From positions 20,204 through 84,203 of IMG/VR virus record IMGVR_UViG_3300033150_001207: DNA of 64,000 nt; one strand, 5' to 3'. The notes beneath the pieces are model-generated. The model had not been told where the DNA came from, searched no databases, and saw only the letters and a list, made by a program, of their open reading frames with translations. The DNA comes from a virus. This document shows positions 1 to 8,873 of the stretch, in pieces. Position numbers and translations under genes: made by a program. How positions within the stretch are numbered: the stretch's first letter is position 1; each line of letters opens with the position of its first letter.

Positions 1-1
1 A

Positions 2-1003
2 ATTCCCGCATTACATACTGGTAGTTTATTATTTATAGAATCAACAAGCGAGGGTCCCGGTGGATATTTTGCAGATTGGTGTAAAGAAGCGTATGACAGA
101 GAACTTCGAGGTATAAAACCCAACAAGCGTCAGTTCAAACTTAACTTTTACCCATGGCATGAAGCAAAACATAATAGACTCAATCCCGAAGGTATACAAA
201 TTTACCCCCGGCTGAATGATTATTTTTCTGATTTAAAACACAAACATAACATAGAGCTGGATGATGAACAAAAGGCCTGGTATGCGAATGAAATAAACAT
301 TTTTGAAGATAACATGAGGCGTGAGCATCCGAGTTACTTCGAGGAAGCTTTTTACGAATCAACAGAGGGGGCATACTATTCGCAACAATTCAGGAAAATG
401 CGGGAAGAAGGTAGAATTACTAAAGTGCCCTACGATCCAAGTTTTCTAGTCACAACATCCTGGGATATCGGGGTAGACGATTCGACTGCTATATGGTTTA
501 CCCAGACCTGCGGACGTGAACTACACTGGATTGATTATATAGAGTCCAGCGGTGAGGGAATAGGATATTATGTTGATTTACTGAGAGAAAGGCAGCGAAA
601 GTTCGGTTATAAATATGGGGCTCACATTGCCCCACCAGATATTATGGTAAGAGAGTTTGGTGCAGTCAACGCAGCGACACGTTGGCAGGCAGCAGCTAAT
701 TTAGGAATTAAGTTCGATATTGCACCAGCAGTAAGTGTTGCTGATGGAATACAGGCATTAAGAACCCTTCTAGATATTTCCTGGTTTGATGAAGAAAAAT
801 GTAGAGACGGTTATACCAAGTTGGAAAAATACCGTAAGGAATATGATGTGAGACTTGACAAATGGAAAGATAAACCGCGGCACGATCTTAATTCCCATGC
901 CAGCGACGCCGCACGCTATAGGGCAGTAGCCTGGAAAAGCAATGTACATACAAGCAATTTTAAAGTAGGGGAAAAATCAGTACCAGTGGGTGCATGGACA
1001 TAA
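2..1003 (+). CDS. terL: Terminase large subunit (5'-truncated by the window edge)
   Basis: The frame is open from base 2 (IPALHTGSLLFIESTSEGPGG...FYPWH) into the 314..1003 ORF. RNase H-like nuclease motifs SWDIGVDDSTAIW and HDLNSHASDAARY; directly upstream of the portal. Confidence 0.93.
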   Translation: MPALHTGSLLFIESTSEGPGGYFADWCKEAYDRELRGIKPNKRQFKLNFYPWHEAKHNRLNPEGIQIYPRLNDYFSDLKHKHNIELDDEQKAWYANEINIFEDNMRREHPSYFEEAFYESTEGAYYSQQFRKMREEGRITKVPYDPSFLVTTSWDIGVDDSTAIWFTQTCGRELHWIDYIESSGEGIGYYVDLLRERQRKFGYKYGAHIAPPDIMVREFGAVNAATRWQAAANLGIKFDIAPAVSVADGIQALRTLLDISWFDEEKCRDGYTKLEKYRKEYDVRLDKWKDKPRHDLNSHASDAARYRAVAWKSNVHTSNFKVGEKSVPVGAWT

Positions 1004-1012
1004 GGATAGAGT

Positions 1013-3196
1013 ATGGCTGAGGTAATTAGATTATCACGAGAAGATATGGCAGAAAAACATGAAGAAGCAGTGCGGGAATCATATGCGGAAACCGAAAAGG
1101 CAATTGACCAGATTTCCCAAAGGGTTCAATCCCAGAGACAATTTAGTAATCTGGCAAGTTATATTCGGAGTTGCTGGAACAGTGCTCGTTCTGCCAAAAT
1201 GGATATCCAGAAAGAGTTATATGAAAGTGCTTTGCAGCGTCGGGGTGAATACACACCCCAAAAGTTAAACGAGATAAAGCAACTTCCTGGCTCAACTGTA
1301 TTCATGAATATAACATCGGTTAAATGCCGTGCTGCCGAGGCGTGGATAGATGATTCTCTTGGACATCAAGATACTCAGATATGGGACATAAAACCGACGC
1401 CCATTCCAGACTTGCCTCCGCATATAAAAGAATACATTGAAAAGCTCGCTCAGTTTCGGGTCAGTAAAAATCCTCTTTTATTCCAAACAATCGAAAGTCA
1501 AAAAGAGTTTCAGGATTATCTCATATCGAACACTCATATAGAAATGCAGAAACAGGCAGAACTTGCCGCTGAACGTATGAGATTTAAAATTGAAGACCAA
1601 CTTATCGAAGCCAACTGGGTAGATGCACTTAAAGAAGTTATATCTGATGTTATTACATACAAAGCGGGATTTCTGAAAGGTCCAATTGTAAGACGTAAAC
1701 TCACGCTCAAATGGGAACATGATGAAAGGACTGGAACATGGAATCCTAAAATAGAACCCAGGCTGGTTGTTAATTACGAACGTATATCCCCTTTTGATAT
1801 ATATCCCGCACCTTCTGCTACCGGTATAAATACTGGATTTTTGATTGAGCACCACAGGCTAATCAGGCAGGATTTGGTAGATTTGATAGGCGTCCCCGGT
1901 TATCATACCCCAACCATCAGAAAAGTATTGAAGGAATACGGTAGCGGTGGACTCAGGGATTGGGTAAGAGTACAATCACTTAAAGAAGAAGCTGAGGGTA
2001 GAAAAGATATAGAATCCGCATCGGAAACCCCCTCTCCTGATAAAACAATAGATGCACTCGAATTCTGGGGTGATGCACCCGGTAGACTTCTTCTTGAATG
2101 GGGACTGAAAACAGATGCCATAGATGATCCTGATAAAGAATATCATATCAGTGCATGGCTGATTGGTGAATATGTCATTAAAGCCACGTTAAATCAACAT
2201 CCTACTGGAAACAAACCGTACTATAAGACTTCATTTGAGAATATACCGGGTTCGTTCTGGGGTCGAGGTGTCCCTGAAATTATGAAAGATATTCAGGCGG
2301 TCTGTAATGCAACCGCAAGAGCGCTTATCAATAATTTGAGCATATCAAGTGCTCCTCAGACGATGGTTGATGTCAATCAGCTCGCATCGGGGCAAAATAT
2401 TGAAGAAATGTATCCTTGGAAACTATGGTATATCGACACCTCTACTGCTGGATTATCTAAAAACAGAGCGATTGAGTTTTTCCAGCCTAATTCCAATGCT
2501 GACCAATTGCTCAGAGTGTATCAATACTATAAGAAAGAAGCGGATGAACATACTGGTATACCTTCTTATACGTATGGGTCGCCCGATGTTGGTGCTGGGG
2601 CCAGAACAGCGACAGGGCTTTCAATTCTTATGTCTAACGCGGCCAAAGGAATTCGTTTTGCTATATCCAATATTGATTTTAGTATAATCAGACCTTCTAT
2701 AGATAATCTATATACGTTTAATATGTTGTATGATGAAGATGCGAGTATCAAGGGTGATTTACAGGTTGTTACGAAGGGCGCTCTTAGTCTTATACAGAAG
2801 GAAACAACTGCCGTACGTCGTGTGGAAATGCTGAATACTCTGGCAACAAACCCTGTTTATTTAGAAGTTATCGGGAAGAGAGGTATCTCTAATTTACTTA
2901 GAGAAGTTATTGGCACACTTGATATGCCAACTGAGAGTATTGTACCAAGTGAACAAGACATAGAATCTCAAGATATACAAAAACAGATAATATTGCAACT
3001 GCAACAAGGATTGATGGCAATACAGCAAGGTCAGATAACACCAGATGAATTCGTAGCAACGTTAATTCAATTACTTGGTATACAAGCCCCAGAACAATCA
3101 ACTAAGGGAACGCCGCAAAAGCCAGCTACTCTGATGCCAAGCGGTGAGCGTGCAGGTGGAATTGATACGAGTTTATATGTAAAACAAAAGCAGTAA
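1013..3196 (+). CDS. Portal protein
   Basis: 727 aa after terL; portal-type segments ERISPFDIYP, PGSFWGRGVPE, ADEHTGIP, RTATGLSILM; Gln-rich C-terminus. Confidence 0.9.
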   Translation: MAEVIRLSREDMAEKHEEAVRESYAETEKAIDQISQRVQSQRQFSNLASYIRSCWNSARSAKMDIQKELYESALQRRGEYTPQKLNEIKQLPGSTVFMNITSVKCRAAEAWIDDSLGHQDTQIWDIKPTPIPDLPPHIKEYIEKLAQFRVSKNPLLFQTIESQKEFQDYLISNTHIEMQKQAELAAERMRFKIEDQLIEANWVDALKEVISDVITYKAGFLKGPIVRRKLTLKWEHDERTGTWNPKIEPRLVVNYERISPFDIYPAPSATGINTGFLIEHHRLIRQDLVDLIGVPGYHTPTIRKVLKEYGSGGLRDWVRVQSLKEEAEGRKDIESASETPSPDKTIDALEFWGDAPGRLLLEWGLKTDAIDDPDKEYHISAWLIGEYVIKATLNQHPTGNKPYYKTSFENIPGSFWGRGVPEIMKDIQAVCNATARALINNLSISSAPQTMVDVNQLASGQNIEEMYPWKLWYIDTSTAGLSKNRAIEFFQPNSNADQLLRVYQYYKKEADEHTGIPSYTYGSPDVGAGARTATGLSILMSNAAKGIRFAISNIDFSIIRPSIDNLYTFNMLYDEDASIKGDLQVVTKGALSLIQKETTAVRRVEMLNTLATNPVYLEVIGKRGISNLLREVIGTLDMPTESIVPSEQDIESQDIQKQIILQLQQGLMAIQQGQITPDEFVATLIQLLGIQAPEQSTKGTPQKPATLMPSGERAGGIDTSLYVKQKQ

Positions 3197-3209
3197 GCGA
3201 GAGGGTATT

Positions 3210-3479
3210 GTGAAACCGCCAGACAAAGATGTGCTTATAGCGATAGAAGGATTGAAAGCCACCAATTTTGCTCAGTTCGAGAAGATTGTCGAGTGGTTTA
3301 GAGAATCGTACGAATCTGACCTTAAAAATGCTCTCAGTCCGATTGTCAGTGATAAAGAACAACACCAAGCAGCGGGTTCGGCAAATACACTCAGTTTTAT
3401 ACTTAATGTCATAGAAAGCGCTCGTAATAGAATTGAAAGCACGAATTATATTGAGTATGTAACTTCAAAAAAAGGATAG
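3210..3479 (+). CDS. Small post-portal protein (Bbp19-like)
   Basis: 89-aa helical ORF with HQAAGS motif in the usual post-portal position; GAGGG RBS. Confidence 0.55.
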   Translation: MKPPDKDVLIAIEGLKATNFAQFEKIVEWFRESYESDLKNALSPIVSDKEQHQAAGSANTLSFILNVIESARNRIESTNYIEYVTSKKG

Positions 3480-3613
3480 AATATAACGATGGTTGGTAGT
3501 TATAGATTGCATGCAAAAGACAATACACACAGGGGAATAGTTATGAATAAGGTTCGGGAACTCCCCGAAGCCTGAAGAAAGTCGAACTAATTCTTTCAGA
3601 GGAGTTAAAAACA

Positions 3614-4000
3614 ATGGCACGTTATGAGAATTTTACAGTAACAGACCTGTATGTAGATAATATATACGGTTTACACAGCCTATCAAGCGATGTGGTTGAT
3701 TTCGGTGAAGATGCTGATGGTGTTGATGTTAAATTCTACGGTGATACGAGTGGGGTTTATGTATTATGGGATGAGTCGGCAGATTCTCTGTGCTTTAACA
3801 GCGCTGACATAACCGTTAGTAATGCACAGATTCAGTTTTCAAGCGCCGATGGTGCGCCATTTGTATTTGCTAACGACGGGTGTAGTGATTGCGCCGATAT
3901 GGCGTCAGCTGTATCAAGTACCATCAATGCGGTTGTTAAAGTCAAAGTCGGTGCTACAACCACTTATCTGGTTGGATATGACGGGTACACCGCTGCATAG
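3614..4000 (+). CDS. Hypothetical acidic beta-rich protein, probably virion-associated
   Basis: 128 aa, strong GAGGAG RBS, D/S/V-rich composition like the other structural genes. Confidence 0.5.
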   Translation: MARYENFTVTDLYVDNIYGLHSLSSDVVDFGEDADGVDVKFYGDTSGVYVLWDESADSLCFNSADITVSNAQIQFSSADGAPFVFANDGCSDCADMASAVSSTINAVVKVKVGATTTYLVGYDGYTAA

Positions 4001-4033
4001 GTGTAATATAATACAACACAACAGGGGAATATT

Positions 4034-4969
4034 ATGAAATTGAGTTACGATAACTACCTCGTTACCGGGGGTGCAGGATTTATTGGCAGCCATCTTGGCG
4101 AAGCAATAGTTAAACAGGGCAAGAAGCTAGTGATCCTTGATAACTTAATAACGGGAAAGAGAGAAAATTTAGAACCGTGGTGGGATGAACAGCTTTGTAC
4201 ATTTGTAGAAGCTGATATTAGCGACTATAATTCAATCCACCCATATTTTGATAGTGTTGATATTGTATTCCATAATGCCGCTTCCAAATGTACCGTATGC
4301 AGAAAAGCCCCAAATACTGATTTAATGGTCAATGCATGGGGTTCGTTAAATGTATTCAGAGCTTCGCAAAGTGCCGGGGTAAAGAAAGTTATTCATGCCT
4401 CCACTGGTTCTACGATGGAAGGTAATCCGAAATCATTCTATGGTGTAAGCAAGCTTGCGGCTGAAAATTACCTTGCTGTTATGCGAGAGTACCATCCCGA
4501 ATTTGTTTATTCTATATTGCGATATTACCATGTCTATGGAACTCGTCAGGATAATAGCGACGAAGGCGGCGTGATACCTATATTTATACGCAATGTTCTC
4601 AATAACGAACCTATTGTTATATTTGGCGACGGTAAACAGGTTAGGCATTTTACTACCGTCGAAGATGTTGTGAAAGCCAATTTATATGTATCCGAGGTAG
4701 ATGAATTTAGCTGGTATCCAGAATCGCCGCTTACTGTAGTATCAGATGTAAAGATTAGTATTTTAGATTTAGCACATTTAATATGTGAATTGATGGGTAA
4801 GCCAGATCATGAGATTATATTCAGACCAGAAAAACATGGTGATGTAAAAAACTTTGAATTTGTCAGAAGCTATAATCTTGATGAATTGGTACGGTTCAAC
4901 AATGACCTCGAAGGCGAGCTTAAAAAAGTGATAAACTGGTATAGAGAAAAATACAAATCAAGGCGATAA
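4034..4969 (+). CDS. NAD-dependent NDP-sugar epimerase/dehydratase (extended SDR)
   Basis: LVTGGAGFIGSH Rossmann motif, HAST, YGVSK (YxxxK), RYYHVYG, IFGDGKQVRHF. Confidence 0.95.
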   Translation: MKLSYDNYLVTGGAGFIGSHLGEAIVKQGKKLVILDNLITGKRENLEPWWDEQLCTFVEADISDYNSIHPYFDSVDIVFHNAASKCTVCRKAPNTDLMVNAWGSLNVFRASQSAGVKKVIHASTGSTMEGNPKSFYGVSKLAAENYLAVMREYHPEFVYSILRYYHVYGTRQDNSDEGGVIPIFIRNVLNNEPIVIFGDGKQVRHFTTVEDVVKANLYVSEVDEFSWYPESPLTVVSDVKISILDLAHLICELMGKPDHEIIFRPEKHGDVKNFEFVRSYNLDELVRFNNDLEGELKKVINWYREKYKSRR

Positions 4970-4991
4970 AAAAACAATAGCGGGAAAAAGA

Positions 4992-6161
4992 ATGTCCGAC
5001 TTTTACTGGCGTAATAAAGTCTTCAAGAGCGAACTTGGAAAATCCGCATGGGTATATAAAATTATACCAAAAGAATTAACCGTGAGGAAAACCATTGAGC
5101 CTGGACTCATAGAACCGCTCACTGAACATTATTTAAAAACACCGTTTTATGAAGTCAATATTGTTCCATACCATGAAGCACAAACGCAAGAAGTGGCTGA
5201 TTTTGTTGCCAAAGGTTGCAAATCAAAAAATATAAGTAAACAAAAGTTCTCGAAACTGTACTACGAGACATTAAAAAGAGTTATAAAAGAGAACTGGGAA
5301 TCGGATAAGTTTCATGTGCTATTACAGTCATCTGGGTATGATTCACGTCTTATCTCCATGGCAATCAAAGACAATCATAAAGAACTTGGGGATAGATGGC
5401 TCGGTGATATAATAATAGTTGAGTCTGGTAGTGAATTCAAGCTATTTAAAAAAATAATGAAACATATGGATTGGAAGCCTTATCAGTATACGGTATATAA
5501 CAACGGTGATAATCCAGATTTGAACATAAATGAATATTACTCTGATAATTTCGATTTCAAAAAAGCATGGAAAAGATTGAATGGATACTCAAGCTATCCG
5601 ATGAATCAGTATGATTTGATTGTTGACTGGTTGTACGATACCAACATAATACCAGAAAACAGAGAGTATCAGGGTTGGTCTGGTTATGGTTCAAACGAGA
5701 CAACATTAGCAATTGCATGGAATATGGGTATTCCATGGTATTTCAGACATTATTATTATCACGGGTTATCGCATTTTCCGAGAGAGAACTGGGTATTTCC
5801 GTACTTGCATTTTGATATGCTGGATTTATTACAAACTTATGGGCAGAATTACGCAAAAGAAACATTTAGCAAAAGGGCTGGAATACCAGAATTGGTGCTT
5901 AATGAATTATTTCCTGAATTGCAAAAGATACCCAAAATGTATCTTGAAGATTTAGTGAACGCTGGATATAGGACAATTTCGGACAGCCTATTGGAACAGG
6001 TTAGCAAAGATTACTTTGCATCGTGGTATGGGAAAAACGTAAACCCGAATGTCAAACCACAGAAACAGATTGATTATTTATCATGGTGGGTTTGCTGGAG
6101 CATGGCGAGTTTTTGTGAGTATTTATTGGAAAACAATTACAACATATTAATAGGACAATAA
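4992..6161 (+). CDS. Asparagine-synthetase-like N-type ATP pyrophosphatase (amide ligase domain, no glutaminase domain)
   Basis: PP-loop LLQSSGYDSRLI (cf. SGGxDS) and WSGYGSNE (cf. LSGEGADE); no N-terminal Cys Ntn domain. Confidence 0.65.
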   Translation: MSDFYWRNKVFKSELGKSAWVYKIIPKELTVRKTIEPGLIEPLTEHYLKTPFYEVNIVPYHEAQTQEVADFVAKGCKSKNISKQKFSKLYYETLKRVIKENWESDKFHVLLQSSGYDSRLISMAIKDNHKELGDRWLGDIIIVESGSEFKLFKKIMKHMDWKPYQYTVYNNGDNPDLNINEYYSDNFDFKKAWKRLNGYSSYPMNQYDLIVDWLYDTNIIPENREYQGWSGYGSNETTLAIAWNMGIPWYFRHYYYHGLSHFPRENWVFPYLHFDMLDLLQTYGQNYAKETFSKRAGIPELVLNELFPELQKIPKMYLEDLVNAGYRTISDSLLEQVSKDYFASWYGKNVNPNVKPQKQIDYLSWWVCWSMASFCEYLLENNYNILIGQ

Positions 6162-6176
6162 CGCAGGGGAAAAATT

Positions 6177-7169
6177 ATGTTTGATGTATTAGCACTCTGT
6201 CAATTCGATTGGGCAAACACAGCTTATAAGTTTTGCCAGTGCTTACAAACACTGGGTATTAACGTAATCGGGTATAAGGGGCAACCTCATGAATTTAATT
6301 ATGTCAATCAGTTGCCTATTCATCTGGAACTTAATAAAGGTATAATTGGCAATAAACATCCGCTTGTCGTATTCGCACCCGGCATGAAAGGGCTTGTTGA
6401 AAAGGCCAAAGTTGTACATTTCTTTGCAAGTACATTTATTGAAACGGGTGTTGATTTATCAAATAAGAAAATAATTGCACAACATGGCGGTACAACTTAC
6501 AGGCTTGATCCAAAAGCAAGTAACGAGGTGTTCAATCCGATGGTTACTGCTACAATAATACAGTACCCAACGTTACTTAACAAGGGCGCAAAGAATGAAC
6601 ACTTAATTTATTATCCAGTTGATACCAATTTCATACAGCCAGATTTTGAACGCAAAGGCAAAAGTAAACTCATAGTGGGACATTTTCCGAGTACATGCGA
6701 TTCAAAAGGTACTGAAACCATTGTGAATGTAATGGACAAATTGAAGGACAAATTCGAGTATATAGGTGTACGCAAAGATATTCGCATCGATTGGTTGAAC
6801 AATCTCGAAAGGGTAAACAAATGCGACATATTAATAGAAACAATTAAGCCAGAGTTGATGGGAAAAGAATTTGGAAGCTGGGGAAATGCCTGCCTGGAAG
6901 CTGCCGCTCTCGGTAAAATAGTGATAACCAATGATAATTATCAAGATATATATAAACGGGAATATGGCAATTGGTTCGAGCCTATGATAGCCAATGACGG
7001 TGAACAACTCGAACAAAGATTACTCGAATTGTATGATTATATGGATAAAGAAATATTCCATAAGAAACAAGCATCACGGGAATGGGTAGTACAATGCCAT
7101 TCAATATCTGTTACTGCCGAACGCCTGTGGGATAAAGCTTATCAATATCTAAACATCGGGAGAAAATAA
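6177..7169 (+). CDS. GT-B (GT4-like) glycosyltransferase
   Basis: HFPS..DSKGTE, CDILIE...WGNACLEAAALGKIVITND donor-binding motif, C-terminal SREWVVQCHS helix. Confidence 0.85.
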   Translation: MFDVLALCQFDWANTAYKFCQCLQTLGINVIGYKGQPHEFNYVNQLPIHLELNKGIIGNKHPLVVFAPGMKGLVEKAKVVHFFASTFIETGVDLSNKKIIAQHGGTTYRLDPKASNEVFNPMVTATIIQYPTLLNKGAKNEHLIYYPVDTNFIQPDFERKGKSKLIVGHFPSTCDSKGTETIVNVMDKLKDKFEYIGVRKDIRIDWLNNLERVNKCDILIETIKPELMGKEFGSWGNACLEAAALGKIVITNDNYQDIYKREYGNWFEPMIANDGEQLEQRLLELYDYMDKEIFHKKQASREWVVQCHSISVTAERLWDKAYQYLNIGRK

Positions 7170-8234
7170 ATGAATGTAAAACCGAAAGTAACAATGATTA
7201 GCTTACATTGCTGCATAAGAGTTGTCAAAGAAGCAATAGCACTAAAGAATCATGGGTATGAGGTGCACGGAATACTCGGTGCATTGGCAATGCGTGATGT
7301 ATTCGATACAATCACCATATTTACGGATGGGGATAGTTTACAAAAAGCGGTTAAAGATTCAAATGCTGATATATTTCATGTGCATAATGAACCAGATTGG
7401 ATTGTACCATTAATAAAATACCCAGCGAAGAAAAAACCTATTATCTGGGATATGCACGACCCTGAACATTTACGTGATAACAATCCGAAACCAGAAGAAA
7501 CGACATCTGTCATGCTTGCGGATGGTATTGTACACGTAAGTGAACCATGTATGAAAGCACTACATAAAGCGTATGAATATAATAAACCAGAATGCGTAAT
7601 ACATTCAATGGTAAATGAAAAGTTTATGCCGCCAGATAATGCAATTATTCCAGACCCAAGTTTTAAATCAATTGTATATGAAGGGGGTATAGACGATACC
7701 GAAAAACCTGTTATAATCGGCGAAGACCCATCGGGTTCAGATAAAACGCTAGCCAGAGTAAATTTAAGATATATTATTGATATAGTAAAAGCTTTTTGTG
7801 TTTCTGGGTACAATTTTACAATTCTTTGTGCAAAGAATCTTAAAAATAATAATTATCAGAATGCAGGCGCTTTTGTTGTAAAACCAGTGCCATATGGTCA
7901 GATGTTGTTAGGTTTGCGTTCTCATGGATTAGGACTTAACGGTTCCCCATACAATTCAAGACTGTTGCAATATGCTTCACCGAATAAATTATGGGAATAT
8001 ATAAGTCAGGGTGTTGTGCCAGTGTGTTTTAATACAGACGAAAGTTTCAGACTTTGTGAACAGTATGATATCGGATTAAAGTTGACTTCACTTAACAATA
8101 TAGAAAGCCAGTTGACTGAAGCGCCGCAAAAACGAAAGAATCTGCTTAAAGTAAGAAAAGAATTCACAATGGAAAGTGAAATACCGAAGCTGATGAGGCT
8201 GTACGAAAAAGTATTGAGTAATGAAAAAACATAA
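7170..8234 (+). CDS. GT-B (GT4-like) glycosyltransferase
   Basis: ADIFHVHNEPD, PIIWDMHD, IVYEGG, ASPNKLWEYISQGVVPV. Confidence 0.88.
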   Translation: MNVKPKVTMISLHCCIRVVKEAIALKNHGYEVHGILGALAMRDVFDTITIFTDGDSLQKAVKDSNADIFHVHNEPDWIVPLIKYPAKKKPIIWDMHDPEHLRDNNPKPEETTSVMLADGIVHVSEPCMKALHKAYEYNKPECVIHSMVNEKFMPPDNAIIPDPSFKSIVYEGGIDDTEKPVIIGEDPSGSDKTLARVNLRYIIDIVKAFCVSGYNFTILCAKNLKNNNYQNAGAFVVKPVPYGQMLLGLRSHGLGLNGSPYNSRLLQYASPNKLWEYISQGVVPVCFNTDESFRLCEQYDIGLKLTSLNNIESQLTEAPQKRKNLLKVRKEFTMESEIPKLMRLYEKVLSNEKT

Positions 8235-8244
8235 TCCTTATAGT

Positions 8245-8326
8245 AAAACCACCCATTCCGTACGTTACGTACTCACCAATTGGGTGGGGAATAGGTGGCG
8301 TCCTGTGTGTTAGATAAAACCTAACG
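8245..8326 (-). ncRNA. Candidate small structured RNA, copy A (homologue of 38056-38131)
   Basis: Minus strand: GUUAG/CUAAC hairpin, ACACAGGAC linker, 12-bp stem GCCACCUAUUCC/GGAAUGGGUGGU enclosing two small hairpins, then a U run; own promoter; homologous copy with compensatory changes. Confidence 0.65.
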
Positions 8327-8332
8327 AAAGTA

Positions 8333-8361
8333 AATATACACAATGCAAAGCAATAAGTCAA
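8333..8361 (-). promoter_or_regulatory. sigma70-type promoter TTGACT-17-TATATT driving RNA copy A
   Basis: -35 at 8356-8361, -10 at 8333-8338, exact 17-bp spacer, AT-rich upstream; same layout as 38022-38050 and 57833-57861. Confidence 0.75.
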
Positions 8362-8414
8362 TAAAAAATAATATGTTTGTTTTATTTAATTTTTATTAAC
8401 ACAAGGAGAAGAAA

Positions 8415-8780
8415 ATGTTACTAACAGCGAAAGAGCGTATTATTCTGTTATCTATTTTACCGAACGAAAACACCAACTATATCACACTCAAAGTTGTGCA
8501 TGATTTAAAAATGAATGCAGCTCTCAGTGATGAGGAATTTGATAAAGTAGAGACTAATGAACAGAGTACAAGAATTGAAGGTTTGAATAAAATTCCAGAT
8601 AAGGAAATCAAGATAGGAAATAAAGCGAAAGAAATAGTTCTTAACAGTCTTGTCAAATTAGATAAAGCGAATAAACTGACATTTGATCATTTCACGTTAT
8701 GTGAAAAATTTAATCTGGGTAAAAAATTAGAAGAATTAAAAAGAAAGGAAAATGAAGATCGAAATAACAGTAAGAAATAA
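8415..8780 (+). CDS. Hypothetical protein
   Basis: 121-aa ORF with AAGGAG RBS. Confidence 0.7.
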   Translation: MLLTAKERIILLSILPNENTNYITLKVVHDLKMNAALSDEEFDKVETNEQSTRIEGLNKIPDKEIKIGNKAKEIVLNSLVKLDKANKLTFDHFTLCEKFNLGKKLEELKRKENEDRNNSKK

Positions 8781-8873
8781 CAATGTAACTTTTAACCCAA
8801 ACGGATACTTAATAGTAAAGCCCGTGTAATTGTTTACATGGATACTATGCTATTAAACCCAAAGGAGTGAAAA

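Noticed and set aside
8164-8361. 65-aa minus-strand ORF (and 37975..38355 minus) as protein genes
   Set aside because: The TTG start is the -35 box itself, there is no RBS, and the homologous copy conserves base pairing but not a reading frame.
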